In this document: positions 1 through 9,431 of the stretch, one piece after another
Layout: each line of letters opens with the position of its first letter
How positions within the stretch are numbered: position 1 is the first letter of the stretch
Source: an uncultured Gemmatimonadota bacterium
GTDB taxonomy: Bacteria > JAAXHH01
Length of the DNA: 64,000 nucleotides
Assembly (NCBI GenBank): GCA_951812955.1
Contig: OX638340.1
Span: 3,584,001 to 3,648,000 of the forward strand
Direction: 5' to 3'
Translations under genes and position numbers: made by a program
The notes under the pieces: model-generated
The model's database searches: none
Seen by the model: the letters and a program-made list of their open reading frames with translations, nothing else
Told to the model about the DNA's origin: nothing

Positions 1-180
1 TTCGAGGACATAGACTTCGCAGCGGTGGCGAAATCCATGGGGTGCTTAGGGATACGCGTGGAAGACCCGGCGGAAATCCGTCCCGCGTTGGAACGGGCCG
101 TCGCGGTGAACGGACCGGTCGTCGTCGACGTGGCCACCGATATCGATGCCATGGCGCCGACGGCCTACGTGCCGGAGTAA
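1..180 (+). CDS. Thiamine-pyrophosphate-dependent enzyme, C-terminal fragment (5' end outside window)
   Basis: Open in frame from the window edge to TAA 178-180. The tail ...AVNGPVVVDVATDIDAMAPTAYVPE resembles the C-terminal TPP-binding module of acetolactate-synthase-like enzymes. Confidence 0.45.
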   Translation, partial: FEDIDFAAVAKSMGCLGIRVEDPAEIRPALERAVAVNGPVVVDVATDIDAMAPTAYVPE

Positions 181-357
181 AGGCAGGCGATCGTCATTGA
201 TGATCCATGATCTATTCTATCACAGTCCGCGATGGTACCTTTGACGCCCGAACCTGATCAAGAATTGATTTTTTGTTAGATTAATGTTTCGTACGTTAAG
301 AAAAACCGCCTTATTTTCGCTCAGACCATCCAATTAGCTCCATACAGGAGGTCCGTG

Positions 358-1197
358 ATGCGGTACCTGGTATTGACGCTTGCCATGTTCTTCGTCGGAT
401 GTTCATCGCATAACCAACTCGGGTCGGGTGACTCGCGCGGTTCAAGTGCGCTGCCCGGACCGGAATCGACGATAGTTTGGCTGGACAGCCAGGGAGGGTT
501 TCATTCCGTCGGGTTCTTTGACGTGCAGACCATCTTTGACGAAACGGAACTAGAGAGCAGCTATTATGTCCGAGTCGCGGCGTTGCAGGCTACCGGGACG
601 TCGCAGAAGGCCCTTCTTAACGTGTTGCGGCAGCGTGCATCGTCGATAGGAGCGAACAGGCTGCTCATCGTCAAAGCGGAGGAAAAGAAAGAGGAACTCA
701 ATCTGTATTCCAGGCTTGAGAACTTGGCCGGTTTTTTCTCCGGTGAGAAAATGGCCGCGGATCGGAGAGATGAAACATATACGCTTCGGATCGAAGCGAT
801 CGCAATCAGGCTGACTGATGATCGGACAACCCTGGAGCCATCCCGTCAATGGGACGATCGGCCACCAGTGTACAGTCCCCGTCGACCCAATGATCGGCCA
901 ACCGTTTACCGGCCCCGACGACTGGATGACCGGCGAAACGCGAAGCCACTCGGTCGACTGGAGGATCGGCGTTCCGCCAAGCCACCCCGTCGACCGGATG
1001 ACCGGCGAAACCTGAAACCACCCCCACCGCAGGAGAAGCCGGCACCTGTGCAGCCGCCTCCGCCAAAGAATGACCCGCCAAAGGAGAAACCACCTCCTCC
1101 AAAGGACGATCAGCCAGCCAAGAAGCCGCCTCCGCCAAAGGATGACCGGCCAAACCTGAAGCCACCTGGTCTGAAGACAAAGACCCACCGACCGTGA
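358..1197 (+). CDS. Lipoprotein with Pro/Arg/Asp-rich tandem-repeat C-terminal half
   Basis: AGGAGG 345-350, ATG 358 (alternative GTG 355), AT-rich upstream region. Signal peptide plus lipobox (LAMFFVGCSS). Residues ~155-280 are low complexity (DDRPxVYxPRRP, KPPPPK repeats). Confidence 0.55.
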   Translation: MRYLVLTLAMFFVGCSSHNQLGSGDSRGSSALPGPESTIVWLDSQGGFHSVGFFDVQTIFDETELESSYYVRVAALQATGTSQKALLNVLRQRASSIGANRLLIVKAEEKKEELNLYSRLENLAGFFSGEKMAADRRDETYTLRIEAIAIRLTDDRTTLEPSRQWDDRPPVYSPRRPNDRPTVYRPRRLDDRRNAKPLGRLEDRRSAKPPRRPDDRRNLKPPPPQEKPAPVQPPPPKNDPPKEKPPPPKDDQPAKKPPPPKDDRPNLKPPGLKTKTHRP

Positions 1198-1279
1198 AGG
1201 GACACTCGTGTCCTGCAAGTAAAGGATGATGTGTTGGATGCAGGTTTGCCGGCTCAAAAACCATCGGAGACGTTCAGGG

Positions 1280-2122
1280 TCAGAATCTAGCGCTTTCGGC
1301 GTCTGGGAGGATCCCGTCCTCGTCCCGGGGCAGCACGGACAGGGGGAGCGCGATCGATGAACCCGCGTCGACGGGGAGCGTGACCCCCGTGATCCAGCGG
1401 GACTCCTCGCTGGCCAGGAAGACGGCTGCGTGGCCCACGTCCCAGGCCGTGCCCTCGGTGCCGAGTGGCGTGGAGCGCTTCCTGAGTTCCCGGTGAGCGT
1501 CGGAAAGCCCTGCCGTGAAGGACCCGTGCAAGTGGCCGGGCGCAATGCAGTTGACGCGGATCCCGTCCCGGCCGTGCTGAACCGCCATGTTGATGGTGAG
1601 GGCGATGACGCCACCCTTGGACGTCTCGTAGGCGACGTTGTAGGACCACCCGCTACGGAAGCCGTCGATGGACGCCACGTTGATGATGGAACCGCCCCCG
1701 GTCTTCATCATCGCCGGGATGGCATGCCGGCTCGCGAGCATCATGGACTTGATGTTCACTGACATGATCTCGTCCCAGTGTTCCTCGCGCACGTCCACCA
1801 CCGTGCCGGGATAGCTGAGACCCACGTTGTTGAAGAGGATGTGAAGTCCGCCGTAACGGGCAACCGCGGTTTCGGCCATGGACCTGCAGTCCGCCGACCG
1901 GGTCACGTCCCCGGTGAATATAGAGGCTGTTCCCCCTTCTTTCTCGATGGTTTCAAGCGTCCTGCCGGCGTTCTCCTCGCTTCGGTCCGCCAGCAGCACT
2001 TTCGCGCCTTCCCGGGCGAGGAGCACGGCGGTCGCCTGCCCGGTGCCCGCCACGTCGCCTTGCGTGCCCGCGCCCGTCACGATGGCCACCTTGCCGTCCA
2101 GCCTGGGTTTGCGAGTCGTCAT
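1280..2122 (-). CDS. SDR family NAD(P)-dependent oxidoreductase
   Basis: N-terminal GKVAIVTGAGTQGD Rossmann motif, NNVG, catalytic YETSK. 280 aa. Confidence 0.85.
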   Translation of the reverse strand: MTTRKPRLDGKVAIVTGAGTQGDVAGTGQATAVLLAREGAKVLLADRSEENAGRTLETIEKEGGTASIFTGDVTRSADCRSMAETAVARYGGLHILFNNVGLSYPGTVVDVREEHWDEIMSVNIKSMMLASRHAIPAMMKTGGGSIINVASIDGFRSGWSYNVAYETSKGGVIALTINMAVQHGRDGIRVNCIAPGHLHGSFTAGLSDAHRELRKRSTPLGTEGTAWDVGHAAVFLASEESRWITGVTLPVDAGSSIALPLSVLPRDEDGILPDAESARF

Positions 2123-2188
2123 TGAAACTCCCCGTTAATCAGAAAATCTCCGCGCCGCAATCGACAGCCGGGCGTAGCGGCCCGTCCA

Positions 2189-3040
2189 TCAAAAGATCTC
2201 CGCGCCGCCCGCAACGACCAGGTCCACGGCCGTGAGGTAGTCCGATTCGGGCGAGGCCAGGAAAGCGACCGTCTGGGCCACGTCGTCGCCCCGGGCTACC
2301 CTTCCAAGGGGTGAGATGTCGGTTTTTTCCTGGATGAATTCCTGGTGGGCATCGCTGTTTTTCCAGGATTTTCCGAGGATGGCGCCGTCGGATATGGCCT
2401 CGGCAATGAATCCCACGCGTTCGGTGTCGACCGCGGTGGGCGACACGGAATTGACGTTGATGCCGTGTGGACCGAGTTCCTGCGCCAGCGCCTGGGTGAA
2501 ACGGATGATGGCGGCCTTGGAGGCGCAGTAGGCGGAGAACCTCGGACGTCCGATCTTGCCCGACGTGGAGGCGATGTTGATGATCTTTCCGCCGCTTCCC
2601 CGTTCGATCATGTGGCGCGCCGCGGCCCGGCACATGAGGAACACGCCCCGGGCGTTGACGTTCATTTCCTTGTCCCAGGCCTCTTCTTCCATATCGACCA
2701 CGAGGACGCGGTCCTTACCCGGCAGGGAACCGGCGCCGTTCACCAGGATGTCTATGTGACCGAACCGTTCGACCCCCCGCGATACGAGGTCAGCCACGTG
2801 GTCGGACTTCGAGACGTCGGCCAGGATGGCCTCCGCTTCCCGCCCCGCCGCCTCGATCTCCCTGACCACCGAGGGCAAACCCTCCCATTCCGACGAATCT
2901 CCGGGATAGGGATTGGTGATCAGGTCGCTGACGATGACGTCGGCGCCTTCCCGGGCGAGGCGCGTGGCGACGGCCCTGCCGATGCCCCGTTCGCCGCCCG
3001 CACCGGTGACCAGGGCGGTTTTGCCGTGGAGGTTGTACAT
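2189..3040 (-). CDS. SDR family oxidoreductase (3-oxoacyl-ACP reductase-like)
   Basis: Conserved start MYNLHGKTALVTGAGGERGIGRA with AAGGAA RBS upstream, NGAG and YCASK motifs. The 429-aa ORF call is an upstream overprint, so the start is placed at ATG 3038-3040. Confidence 0.85.
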   Translation of the reverse strand: MYNLHGKTALVTGAGGERGIGRAVATRLAREGADVIVSDLITNPYPGDSSEWEGLPSVVREIEAAGREAEAILADVSKSDHVADLVSRGVERFGHIDILVNGAGSLPGKDRVLVVDMEEEAWDKEMNVNARGVFLMCRAAARHMIERGSGGKIINIASTSGKIGRPRFSAYCASKAAIIRFTQALAQELGPHGINVNSVSPTAVDTERVGFIAEAISDGAILGKSWKNSDAHQEFIQEKTDISPLGRVARGDDVAQTVAFLASPESDYLTAVDLVVAGGAEIF

Positions 3041-3066
3041 GGAACGTTCCTTTTTCTGGCTGTTTA

Positions 3067-3954
3067 TCACTCGCCCTCTCTCCGGGGCCGCACCACGGTC
3101 TCGCCATCGTCCTCCACGAGGGGATGGTGATAGATGTAGGGCGGTTCCAGCACGGCGCGCTGCGCCTCGGTCAGCTCCGAGGTCCATTCGGGCAGGTTGG
3201 CCTCGTAGATCCCGCCGGCGTAGTGGAGATACTTGGGCGTATACCGGTACAGGGCGACGCGCCGGTCGTTCCTGCCGCGCCAGGGCAGCGTGCCGTGGGC
3301 GGTAGCCTCGTTGAAGATCACCAGGTCGCCGGCTTTCTGGACGATGTGATGGACCAGGTCCTGGTTGGCCTCCCAGGTCAGGATATCCTCGGGACATGGC
3401 AAGTTGGCCTTGTGGCTGCCCGGTATGACGCAGAGACCGCCCGCGCCGGGATCCACGTCCGCCAGGGCGAACTGGCACACGATGAGGCCCGATCGCATGC
3501 GCCCGTTGTGGTAGTGGTAATAGCGGGAACCGTTGAAGGTCGCGTTTCCCGAGCCGTGGATCTTGAGCCCCTCACACCCCGCTTCGGCGACCAGCACGTC
3601 GACGCCGTGGTCGAGCTTCCAGCCACGCCCGAACAGGGTGTTTAGATAGGGAATGATCTTCGGATGGGCCAGGAGGTCGCGGAAGGGTTGGCACCACGGC
3701 TGCGGCCAGGTGAGCATGCCCTCGTAGTGGCGAAAGGGCGCATGCCGTCCTTCGAAGGGCCTTCCCCGCCAATCGCCGCTGAGTTCGTTGGGTCCGTCGT
3801 AGGACCCGAGCCGGTCCGGATTGGCGTCGAGGGCCTCGTTCAGCGCTTCGACTTCGTCACCGTTCAGGAAACCCCGCACGTGAAGAAAGCCCTGCAGGTC
3901 GTACAGGTACTGCTCCTCTTCACTCATGGTCGAAAAGGCCGGTGTATCGGCCAT
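3067..3954 (-). CDS. Phytanoyl-CoA dioxygenase (PhyH)-family Fe(II)/2-oxoglutarate oxygenase
   Basis: N-terminal YLYDLQGFLHVRGFL motif typical of the PhyH/ectoine-hydroxylase-like family. First gene of an apparent minus-strand operon with the two SDR genes (26- and 66-nt spacers). Confidence 0.75.
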   Translation of the reverse strand: MADTPAFSTMSEEEQYLYDLQGFLHVRGFLNGDEVEALNEALDANPDRLGSYDGPNELSGDWRGRPFEGRHAPFRHYEGMLTWPQPWCQPFRDLLAHPKIIPYLNTLFGRGWKLDHGVDVLVAEAGCEGLKIHGSGNATFNGSRYYHYHNGRMRSGLIVCQFALADVDPGAGGLCVIPGSHKANLPCPEDILTWEANQDLVHHIVQKAGDLVIFNEATAHGTLPWRGRNDRRVALYRYTPKYLHYAGGIYEANLPEWTSELTEAQRAVLEPPYIYHHPLVEDDGETVVRPRREGE

Positions 3955-4262
3955 GGAACGTCCTCCCTGGATGCTGTCCCAAACGATCTGGATGGCGCAT
4001 GCAGAAATTTCTGATGTTATGCACTGAAAGATAGCCTGCGCGGCACCGCGCGCAACGACAAAAAGCGCTTCGAGGACCTCACGTGGGACGAAAAAAAACG
4101 ACGATCTGAAACCCTTCGACGCGTATACAAAATGCCTTGACAGTCCTGCGGGGGCCGGTTAACGTCACGTAGTCCCCGCCATGGGGTGACCACGGGTCTG
4201 TGACCTAAAATGAACGTTGTGTTTTTCCTTAAGAAAACTACGCCCCGAAACTACGGGATGCC

Positions 4263-5225
4263 GTGTCCGAAGAAACCGAAGTACCCGAGCAGATCGAAGC
4301 GCAACATCTCGACCGTCCGACGGTTCCCGAACTGGATGAATTCCTTGGCGTTCCCTTCAAGGTGCTCGACGACGGGTTCGTCCGCGTCGTGGACTACATG
4401 GGCAGCGATCACTCCATCGTGCAGGCCGCCCGTGTTTCCTACGGCGCCGGTACCCGGCAGGTCCACCAGGACCGGGGGCTGATCCGCTATCTCATGCGGC
4501 ATCAGCACACCACTCCCTTCGAGATGTGCGACATCAAGTTTCACCTGCGGGTGCCCATGGACTGCTGGCGCCAGTGGATCCGTCACCGGACGGCCTCTGT
4601 CAATGAATACAGCACCCGTTACTCGCTGGCGATCGATGCGGCGCAGACCACGCCGCCCGATGCGTGGCGGTTCCAGGCGCAGGGCAATCGCCAGGGCAGT
4701 GGCGGTTTCGTCGACGAAGCACAGGGAGCGCGTTTTACTGAGAAGGAACAGGAGCTTCAGGAGGCCGCCCGGTCCCGCTACGAAGAGCGCATCGAAGCCG
4801 GCATCGCCCGGGAACAGGCCCGTAAGGATCTTCCCCTTTCCACGTACACGGAAGCCTACTGGAAAGTGAATCTCCTGAACCTGCTTCGGTTCCTGCTCCT
4901 GCGCATGGACGATCACGCCCAGTGGGAGATCCGGCAGTACGCCCATCTGATCGGACACCGCATCGTGTCCGCCTGGTGTCCCGTGGCGTGGCAGGCCTTT
5001 CTCGACTACAGCGTGAACGCCATGCAGCTGACCCACCTGGACTGGGAGATCATCCGGGCGATTCAGGCTGGAGACGACAAGGCGATTCAGGATCTGCTGC
5101 TGGAGTACCGGTTCGTTTCGAAATCCGGTACCCTGCGCCGCAACCGGGAGCGGGACGAGCTCGAAACCAAGCTTCAGAAGCTGAATATCCCGATTCCATG
5201 GCGATCCGGTGATGATCCCGACTAA
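4263..5225 (+). CDS. thyX: Flavin-dependent thymidylate synthase ThyX
   Basis: ThyX signature RHRTASVNEYSTRYS (RHR-x7-S). GTG start 4263. AT-rich divergent intergenic region upstream. Confidence 0.85.
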   Translation: MSEETEVPEQIEAQHLDRPTVPELDEFLGVPFKVLDDGFVRVVDYMGSDHSIVQAARVSYGAGTRQVHQDRGLIRYLMRHQHTTPFEMCDIKFHLRVPMDCWRQWIRHRTASVNEYSTRYSLAIDAAQTTPPDAWRFQAQGNRQGSGGFVDEAQGARFTEKEQELQEAARSRYEERIEAGIAREQARKDLPLSTYTEAYWKVNLLNLLRFLLLRMDDHAQWEIRQYAHLIGHRIVSAWCPVAWQAFLDYSVNAMQLTHLDWEIIRAIQAGDDKAIQDLLLEYRFVSKSGTLRRNRERDELETKLQKLNIPIPWRSGDDPD

Positions 5226-5291
5226 CGACACCGGGCACGTGGCCAACGCCGGTCGGCCCGCGACCGCGAACAACCCGATATGCGGTAACCG

Positions 5292-6275
5292 ATGAGTCGA
5301 GGCAAACCCGAATCGGTATCCCGGAGGTACGATGTCCCCGACGCCAGCGTCCGGTCCGGTATCCGCGATGCCCTGGAGCGCTTCGGTCCATCTGAGCACA
5401 GGACCGAAGCCTGGTGCGACTGGGTGCTGGTATTCGAAGATGAAAAGGAAAAGCTGGTCCTCAAGCAGTATCGGAAAGGTACCCTGATGATCCAGGGTAG
5501 GGGGGAACACCTGCTCCGGGTGATCCTGCACGTTCTTTCACCCTTTCTGCCAAATACGGGTGAATCGGAAGACTCCGGAGATGGCTCCGGCGGCGCAATG
5601 GCTCGCGGCGGTGAGAAGACCCGAAAGCTTCCTCTTCCGCACATCGGCACGGACGAGTCCGGTAAGGGCGACTATTTCGGCCCGCTGGTGGTGGGCGGCG
5701 TCCTGGTGGAGACGGGATCCCGGGAGAAACTGTCTGCCCTGGGTGTCCGGGACTCCAAGAAACTGGGCGACGGGAAGTGCCGCGAACTGGCGGCCGGGAT
5801 CCGGCGTATCTGTGTCGGAAAGTACCGCGAGATAATCATTCCACCGGAGCGATACAACACGCTGTACGAGGAGTTTCGCCGGGAAGGCAGGAACCTCAAC
5901 CATCTCCTGGCCTGGGCCCATGCCCGCGCCATCGAATCTTTGCTGGAGTGCGCCGCCTGCCGGCTGGCCGTGGCGGACAAGTTCGGCAACGAGCACTACA
6001 TCCGGTCCCGTCTCATGAACAAGGGCCGGGAGATCGAGCTGATCCAGGAACATCGGGGAGAGCGTTACCTGGCCGTCGCCGCGGCGTCGATTCTCGCCCG
6101 CGACCGATTCCTGGAGCACATGGAAAGACTGTCCGGAGAGGCCGGCCTGCCGCTGCCCAAGGGTGCCGGACCGCAGGTCGTAACTGCAGCCAGGAAATTC
6201 GTCGAACGAAATGGCGTGGATAAACTGCCCGCCGTGGCCAAGATGCACTACAAGACCACGGCCCAGGTTGTGTAA
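5292..6275 (+). CDS. rnhC: Ribonuclease HIII
   Basis: Catalytic motif GTDESGKGDYFGPLVVGGV (DESGKGD, RNase HIII type) preceded by a ~110-aa N-terminal substrate-binding domain. 327 aa. Confidence 0.7.
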   Translation: MSRGKPESVSRRYDVPDASVRSGIRDALERFGPSEHRTEAWCDWVLVFEDEKEKLVLKQYRKGTLMIQGRGEHLLRVILHVLSPFLPNTGESEDSGDGSGGAMARGGEKTRKLPLPHIGTDESGKGDYFGPLVVGGVLVETGSREKLSALGVRDSKKLGDGKCRELAAGIRRICVGKYREIIIPPERYNTLYEEFRREGRNLNHLLAWAHARAIESLLECAACRLAVADKFGNEHYIRSRLMNKGREIELIQEHRGERYLAVAAASILARDRFLEHMERLSGEAGLPLPKGAGPQVVTAARKFVERNGVDKLPAVAKMHYKTTAQVV

Positions 6276-6302
6276 ACCCGGTTATTTAGTTAAAATCAGA
6301 CA

Positions 6303-6338
6303 CAGATGTATCGTCGTTCGAAACAGATGTATCGTCGT
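6303..6338 (+). promoter_or_regulatory. Pair of 15-bp direct repeats (CAGATGTATCGTCGT) at 21-bp spacing upstream of abfA
   Basis: Exact repeats at 6303-6317 and 6324-6338 in the 110-bp intergenic region before the arabinofuranosidase gene. Candidate regulator binding site. Confidence 0.25.
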
Positions 6339-6384
6339 GTTTTGGAATGAACCGCTGGATATGTGAACCTGCTGTACAGGGAGC

Positions 6385-7893
6385 GTGCATCGGATGCGAC
6401 AGACGACGCTATACGCGCATACGAGGTTCCAGATCGCGCCGGTAGACCCGAGGATCTTCGGAGGATTCCTGGAGCATATCGGTCGGGCCGTCTACGAGGG
6501 CGTGTATGATCCGGACTGCGCGCATGCGGATGAGGACGGATTCCGGAAGGACGTCATGGAGGCCCTCGAACGCCAGTCCATGACCGTCATGCGGTATCCC
6601 GGCGGGAATTTCGTCTCCGGCTACCATTGGATGGACGGCGTGGGCCCCCAGACCCTGCGTCCCACCGTGCGTGAACTCGCCTGGCAGAGCGTGGAGCCGA
6701 ACGCCTTCGGAACGGACGAATTCATCCGGCTCTGCCGCAAGATGGACTGGCGGCCCACGCTCACGGTCAACCTTGGAACAGGCTCCCCCGAGGAAGCCAG
6801 GAACTGGGTCGAGTACTGCAACTGCCCCGCGGGTACGAGTTACGCGGACCTGCGGGTGAGCAATGGGGAGGAGATGCCCTACGGCATCGACCTGTGGTGC
6901 CTGGGCAACGAGATGGACGGACACTGGCAGCTCGGCCACGTGCCGGCGGACCAGTACGCGATCCGGGCCCAGCAGGCCGCGAAGATGATGAAGGACGCGG
7001 ACCGGCGGATCGAACTGGTCGCCTGCGGTTCCTGCTCCGTGGACATGTTCGACACCTACATGGAATGGGACCGTCAGGTCCTCGACTACCTGGGCGATTA
7101 CGCCGACTACATCAGTCTCCATCGTTACGTGGGCAATCCGGAGGACGACACCCCGGACTACCTGGCGGTCACGAACTCCATCGACCGGCAGATCGAGGAG
7201 ATGGACGCGGTATGCCGTTTCGTTCAGGCAAAGCGACGAAGCCCCAAACGCGCGTACCTGTGCTTCGACGAATGGAACGTCTGGTACAAGAACCACGAAA
7301 CGGACGGAGAGGGCAAATTTGCCCCGCACCTGGTGGAGGAGATCTACAATCTCGAAGACGCCCTCGTCGTGGCCGGTTTCCTGAACAGCTTCGTGCGCCA
7401 TGCCGACACGGTCCGCATCGCGAACATAGCGCAGATCGTCAACGTCATCGCCCCGCTGATGACGCGGGGAGACGACCTGCTCGTGCAGTCCATATTCCAT
7501 CCCTTCACGATGTACGCGGGGCGGCGCGAAGGCACGTCGCTGCGGATAAACGTGGATGGCGCTGGATACAGGAGCGAGCGCTATGGCCGGGTGAATTACA
7601 TTGACTCCGCCATGATACAGAACGACAGCATACTGAACGTCTTTGTGACGAATCGCAGCACGGACACCGCCGTACCCCTGCGCATCGTGCTCGAAGACCG
7701 GCCGATCGAATCGCTGGTCAGCGCCGAGATCCTCACTGGGGGCGAAGATCCCAAGGCCGCCAATTCGTTCGAGCAGCCGGACCGGGTCGGCAAACAGCCG
7801 TTCCGGGAGATAAAGGTCGCCGGTGGCAGGGTGCAGTGCTTTCTTCCCCCGCTGTCCTTCGCGGCCATGACCTTCGAACTCGAGAAATGGTAG
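6385..7893 (+). CDS. abfA: Alpha-L-arabinofuranosidase, glycoside hydrolase family 51
   Basis: N-terminal IFGGFLEHIGRAVYEGVYDP and GNEMDGHWQ blocks characteristic of GH51 AbfA. 502 aa. Confidence 0.8.
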   Translation: MHRMRQTTLYAHTRFQIAPVDPRIFGGFLEHIGRAVYEGVYDPDCAHADEDGFRKDVMEALERQSMTVMRYPGGNFVSGYHWMDGVGPQTLRPTVRELAWQSVEPNAFGTDEFIRLCRKMDWRPTLTVNLGTGSPEEARNWVEYCNCPAGTSYADLRVSNGEEMPYGIDLWCLGNEMDGHWQLGHVPADQYAIRAQQAAKMMKDADRRIELVACGSCSVDMFDTYMEWDRQVLDYLGDYADYISLHRYVGNPEDDTPDYLAVTNSIDRQIEEMDAVCRFVQAKRRSPKRAYLCFDEWNVWYKNHETDGEGKFAPHLVEEIYNLEDALVVAGFLNSFVRHADTVRIANIAQIVNVIAPLMTRGDDLLVQSIFHPFTMYAGRREGTSLRINVDGAGYRSERYGRVNYIDSAMIQNDSILNVFVTNRSTDTAVPLRIVLEDRPIESLVSAEILTGGEDPKAANSFEQPDRVGKQPFREIKVAGGRVQCFLPPLSFAAMTFELEKW

Positions 7894-7947
7894 TCCTTCG
7901 CGGCCATGACCTTCGCGGCCATGACCTTCGAACTCGAGAAATGGTAG
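7855..7947 (+). repeat. Tandem duplication of the abfA 3' terminus, including the stop codon
   Basis: tccttcgcggccatgaccttcgaactcgagaaatggtag occurs at 7855-7893 and again at 7894-7947. The second copy has an internal 15-bp gcggccatgaccttc duplication. Confidence 0.6.
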
Positions 7948-8019
7948 TCCGCAGGCCGCGCGTCGAAACATCCCGATAGATCTAAGGATCCAGTTCCGGC
8001 GTGACCTGCACGCTGCCGC

Positions 8020-9375
8020 ATGCTTCCCATGCCAGATACCCCAGAACGTGACACACTCTCCCGCCGCGCCGCCCTAAAGATCGGTGGCGGCGCCCTGCTC
8101 GGCGCGGCCCTGCTCGGCTGCGGAGGGAGCAGTGACGACCGGAAGGTCTTGCGATTCATGACGGCGCAGACCCTGGAAAAGCACCGGTCCCTCGAGCCGC
8201 TCATCGCCGAGTTCATGGAGATCCATCCCGGTATCCGGATCGAACACGTGAAGGTGCCCTGGGACCAGGCCCATTCGAAGTATCTCACGGCGATCCTCGG
8301 CGGCGCGCCACCCGACGTCATGACCATTCCGAGCTGGTGGGTGACCGAGTTCCGCGCCATGGGCGCCCTCGAGGACCTCGGCCCGTGGGTACGGGACTGG
8401 CCCCATCTGCAAGGGTATACGGAGCAGGTGAAACGGCTGACCCGGGCGACCATGGCCTTCGACGGGGACCGGGTCTTCGGCCTGCCCACGGAAGTAGCCG
8501 TTCGTTCCATGTTCTACCGCACCGAATGGCTCCAGGAACACGGTCTCGAGCCGGCGCAGACGCGCGAGGAGTGGCGCACACTGCTCGAGCAGATCACGGA
8601 TCCGGGCAGGCAGCGCTACGGGTACGCCCTCCGTGGCGCCCGGGGCGGTTTCTGGTCGTGGTGGCCCATTGCCCAGGAATACGCCGGGTCCAACGCGTGG
8701 TTCGACGATGACCACCGGTGCATTATCAATAGTCCGGAGCACGTGGCGGGACTGTCATACTGGAACGACCTCTACCAGGATGGGCTCGCACCCCCCGACT
8801 CACTGAACTGGGGTTTCAACGAGCTGGTCCAGGGATTCTGGTCCGGACTCTGCGGTACGATGGAACAGGATCCGGAGGTGGTCCGGACCTGCCTGGAGCA
8901 CGGCCTGGACGAAGATACGCTCACCATCACGGTCATGCCCACCGGCCCCAGGGCCCGCGTGGCCCTGTCCGACGGGGGGTATACGTCCATGTCTTCGGCT
9001 TCCCGGAACAAGGACGAAGCCTGGACCTTTCTCAGCTGGCTGATGGCGCCCGAGCAGCGGCTTCGGTACTGCAGGGACGTCAACATGATCCCGCCCTTTG
9101 CCGAGAACCTGAGGGATCCTGCGTTCGGGCAGGGCCTCTATCAGTCCTTCGTGGAAATGGTGAGCGATCCGGCAATCATCCAGAACTGGTATCCCAACTA
9201 CCTGCCGGAAATGGGCGAGTTTCTCGAGGTGCGGGTGACCGAGGAGCACCAGAAGATGCTGCTGAAGAGGCAGTCTCCTCGGGATGCCCTCGACCGCCTG
9301 GCCGATTTCCTGACCAGCGCACAGAAGAACTACGTGGACCGTCACGGCCCGGACACGCCCCGGCCGCCGGCATAA
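8020..9375 (+). CDS. ABC transporter substrate-binding lipoprotein (carbohydrate, family 1) with Tat signal
   Basis: SRRAALKIGGGALLGAALLGCGG (twin-Arg plus lipobox). Family-1 solute-binding-protein architecture. 451 aa. Confidence 0.8.
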   Translation: MLPMPDTPERDTLSRRAALKIGGGALLGAALLGCGGSSDDRKVLRFMTAQTLEKHRSLEPLIAEFMEIHPGIRIEHVKVPWDQAHSKYLTAILGGAPPDVMTIPSWWVTEFRAMGALEDLGPWVRDWPHLQGYTEQVKRLTRATMAFDGDRVFGLPTEVAVRSMFYRTEWLQEHGLEPAQTREEWRTLLEQITDPGRQRYGYALRGARGGFWSWWPIAQEYAGSNAWFDDDHRCIINSPEHVAGLSYWNDLYQDGLAPPDSLNWGFNELVQGFWSGLCGTMEQDPEVVRTCLEHGLDEDTLTITVMPTGPRARVALSDGGYTSMSSASRNKDEAWTFLSWLMAPEQRLRYCRDVNMIPPFAENLRDPAFGQGLYQSFVEMVSDPAIIQNWYPNYLPEMGEFLEVRVTEEHQKMLLKRQSPRDALDRLADFLTSAQKNYVDRHGPDTPRPPA

Positions 9376-9431
9376 AGCAGTGGTCCCGCGAGACAGGCCG
9401 CCACGACAGCACAAGGAACAGGATCGATTTG

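Noticed and set aside
1198-1279. Short inverted repeat ggacactcgtgtcc after the lipoprotein gene as a terminator
   Set aside because: The stem is only 5-6 bp with a tiny loop and no following T-run, too weak to call.
2189-3478. 429-aa ORF call extending the SDR gene upstream
   Set aside because: - The upstream 146 codons are Arg/Gly/Pro-rich overprint across the 3' end of the PhyH gene.
- The conserved SDR N-terminus (MYNLHGKTALVTGAGG) with a good RBS begins at 3040.
6409-7971. 520-aa minus-strand ORF antisense to abfA
   Set aside because: - High-GC shadow ORF with Arg/Gly/His/Val-rich composition and no motifs.
- The sense strand encodes a well-supported GH51 enzyme.
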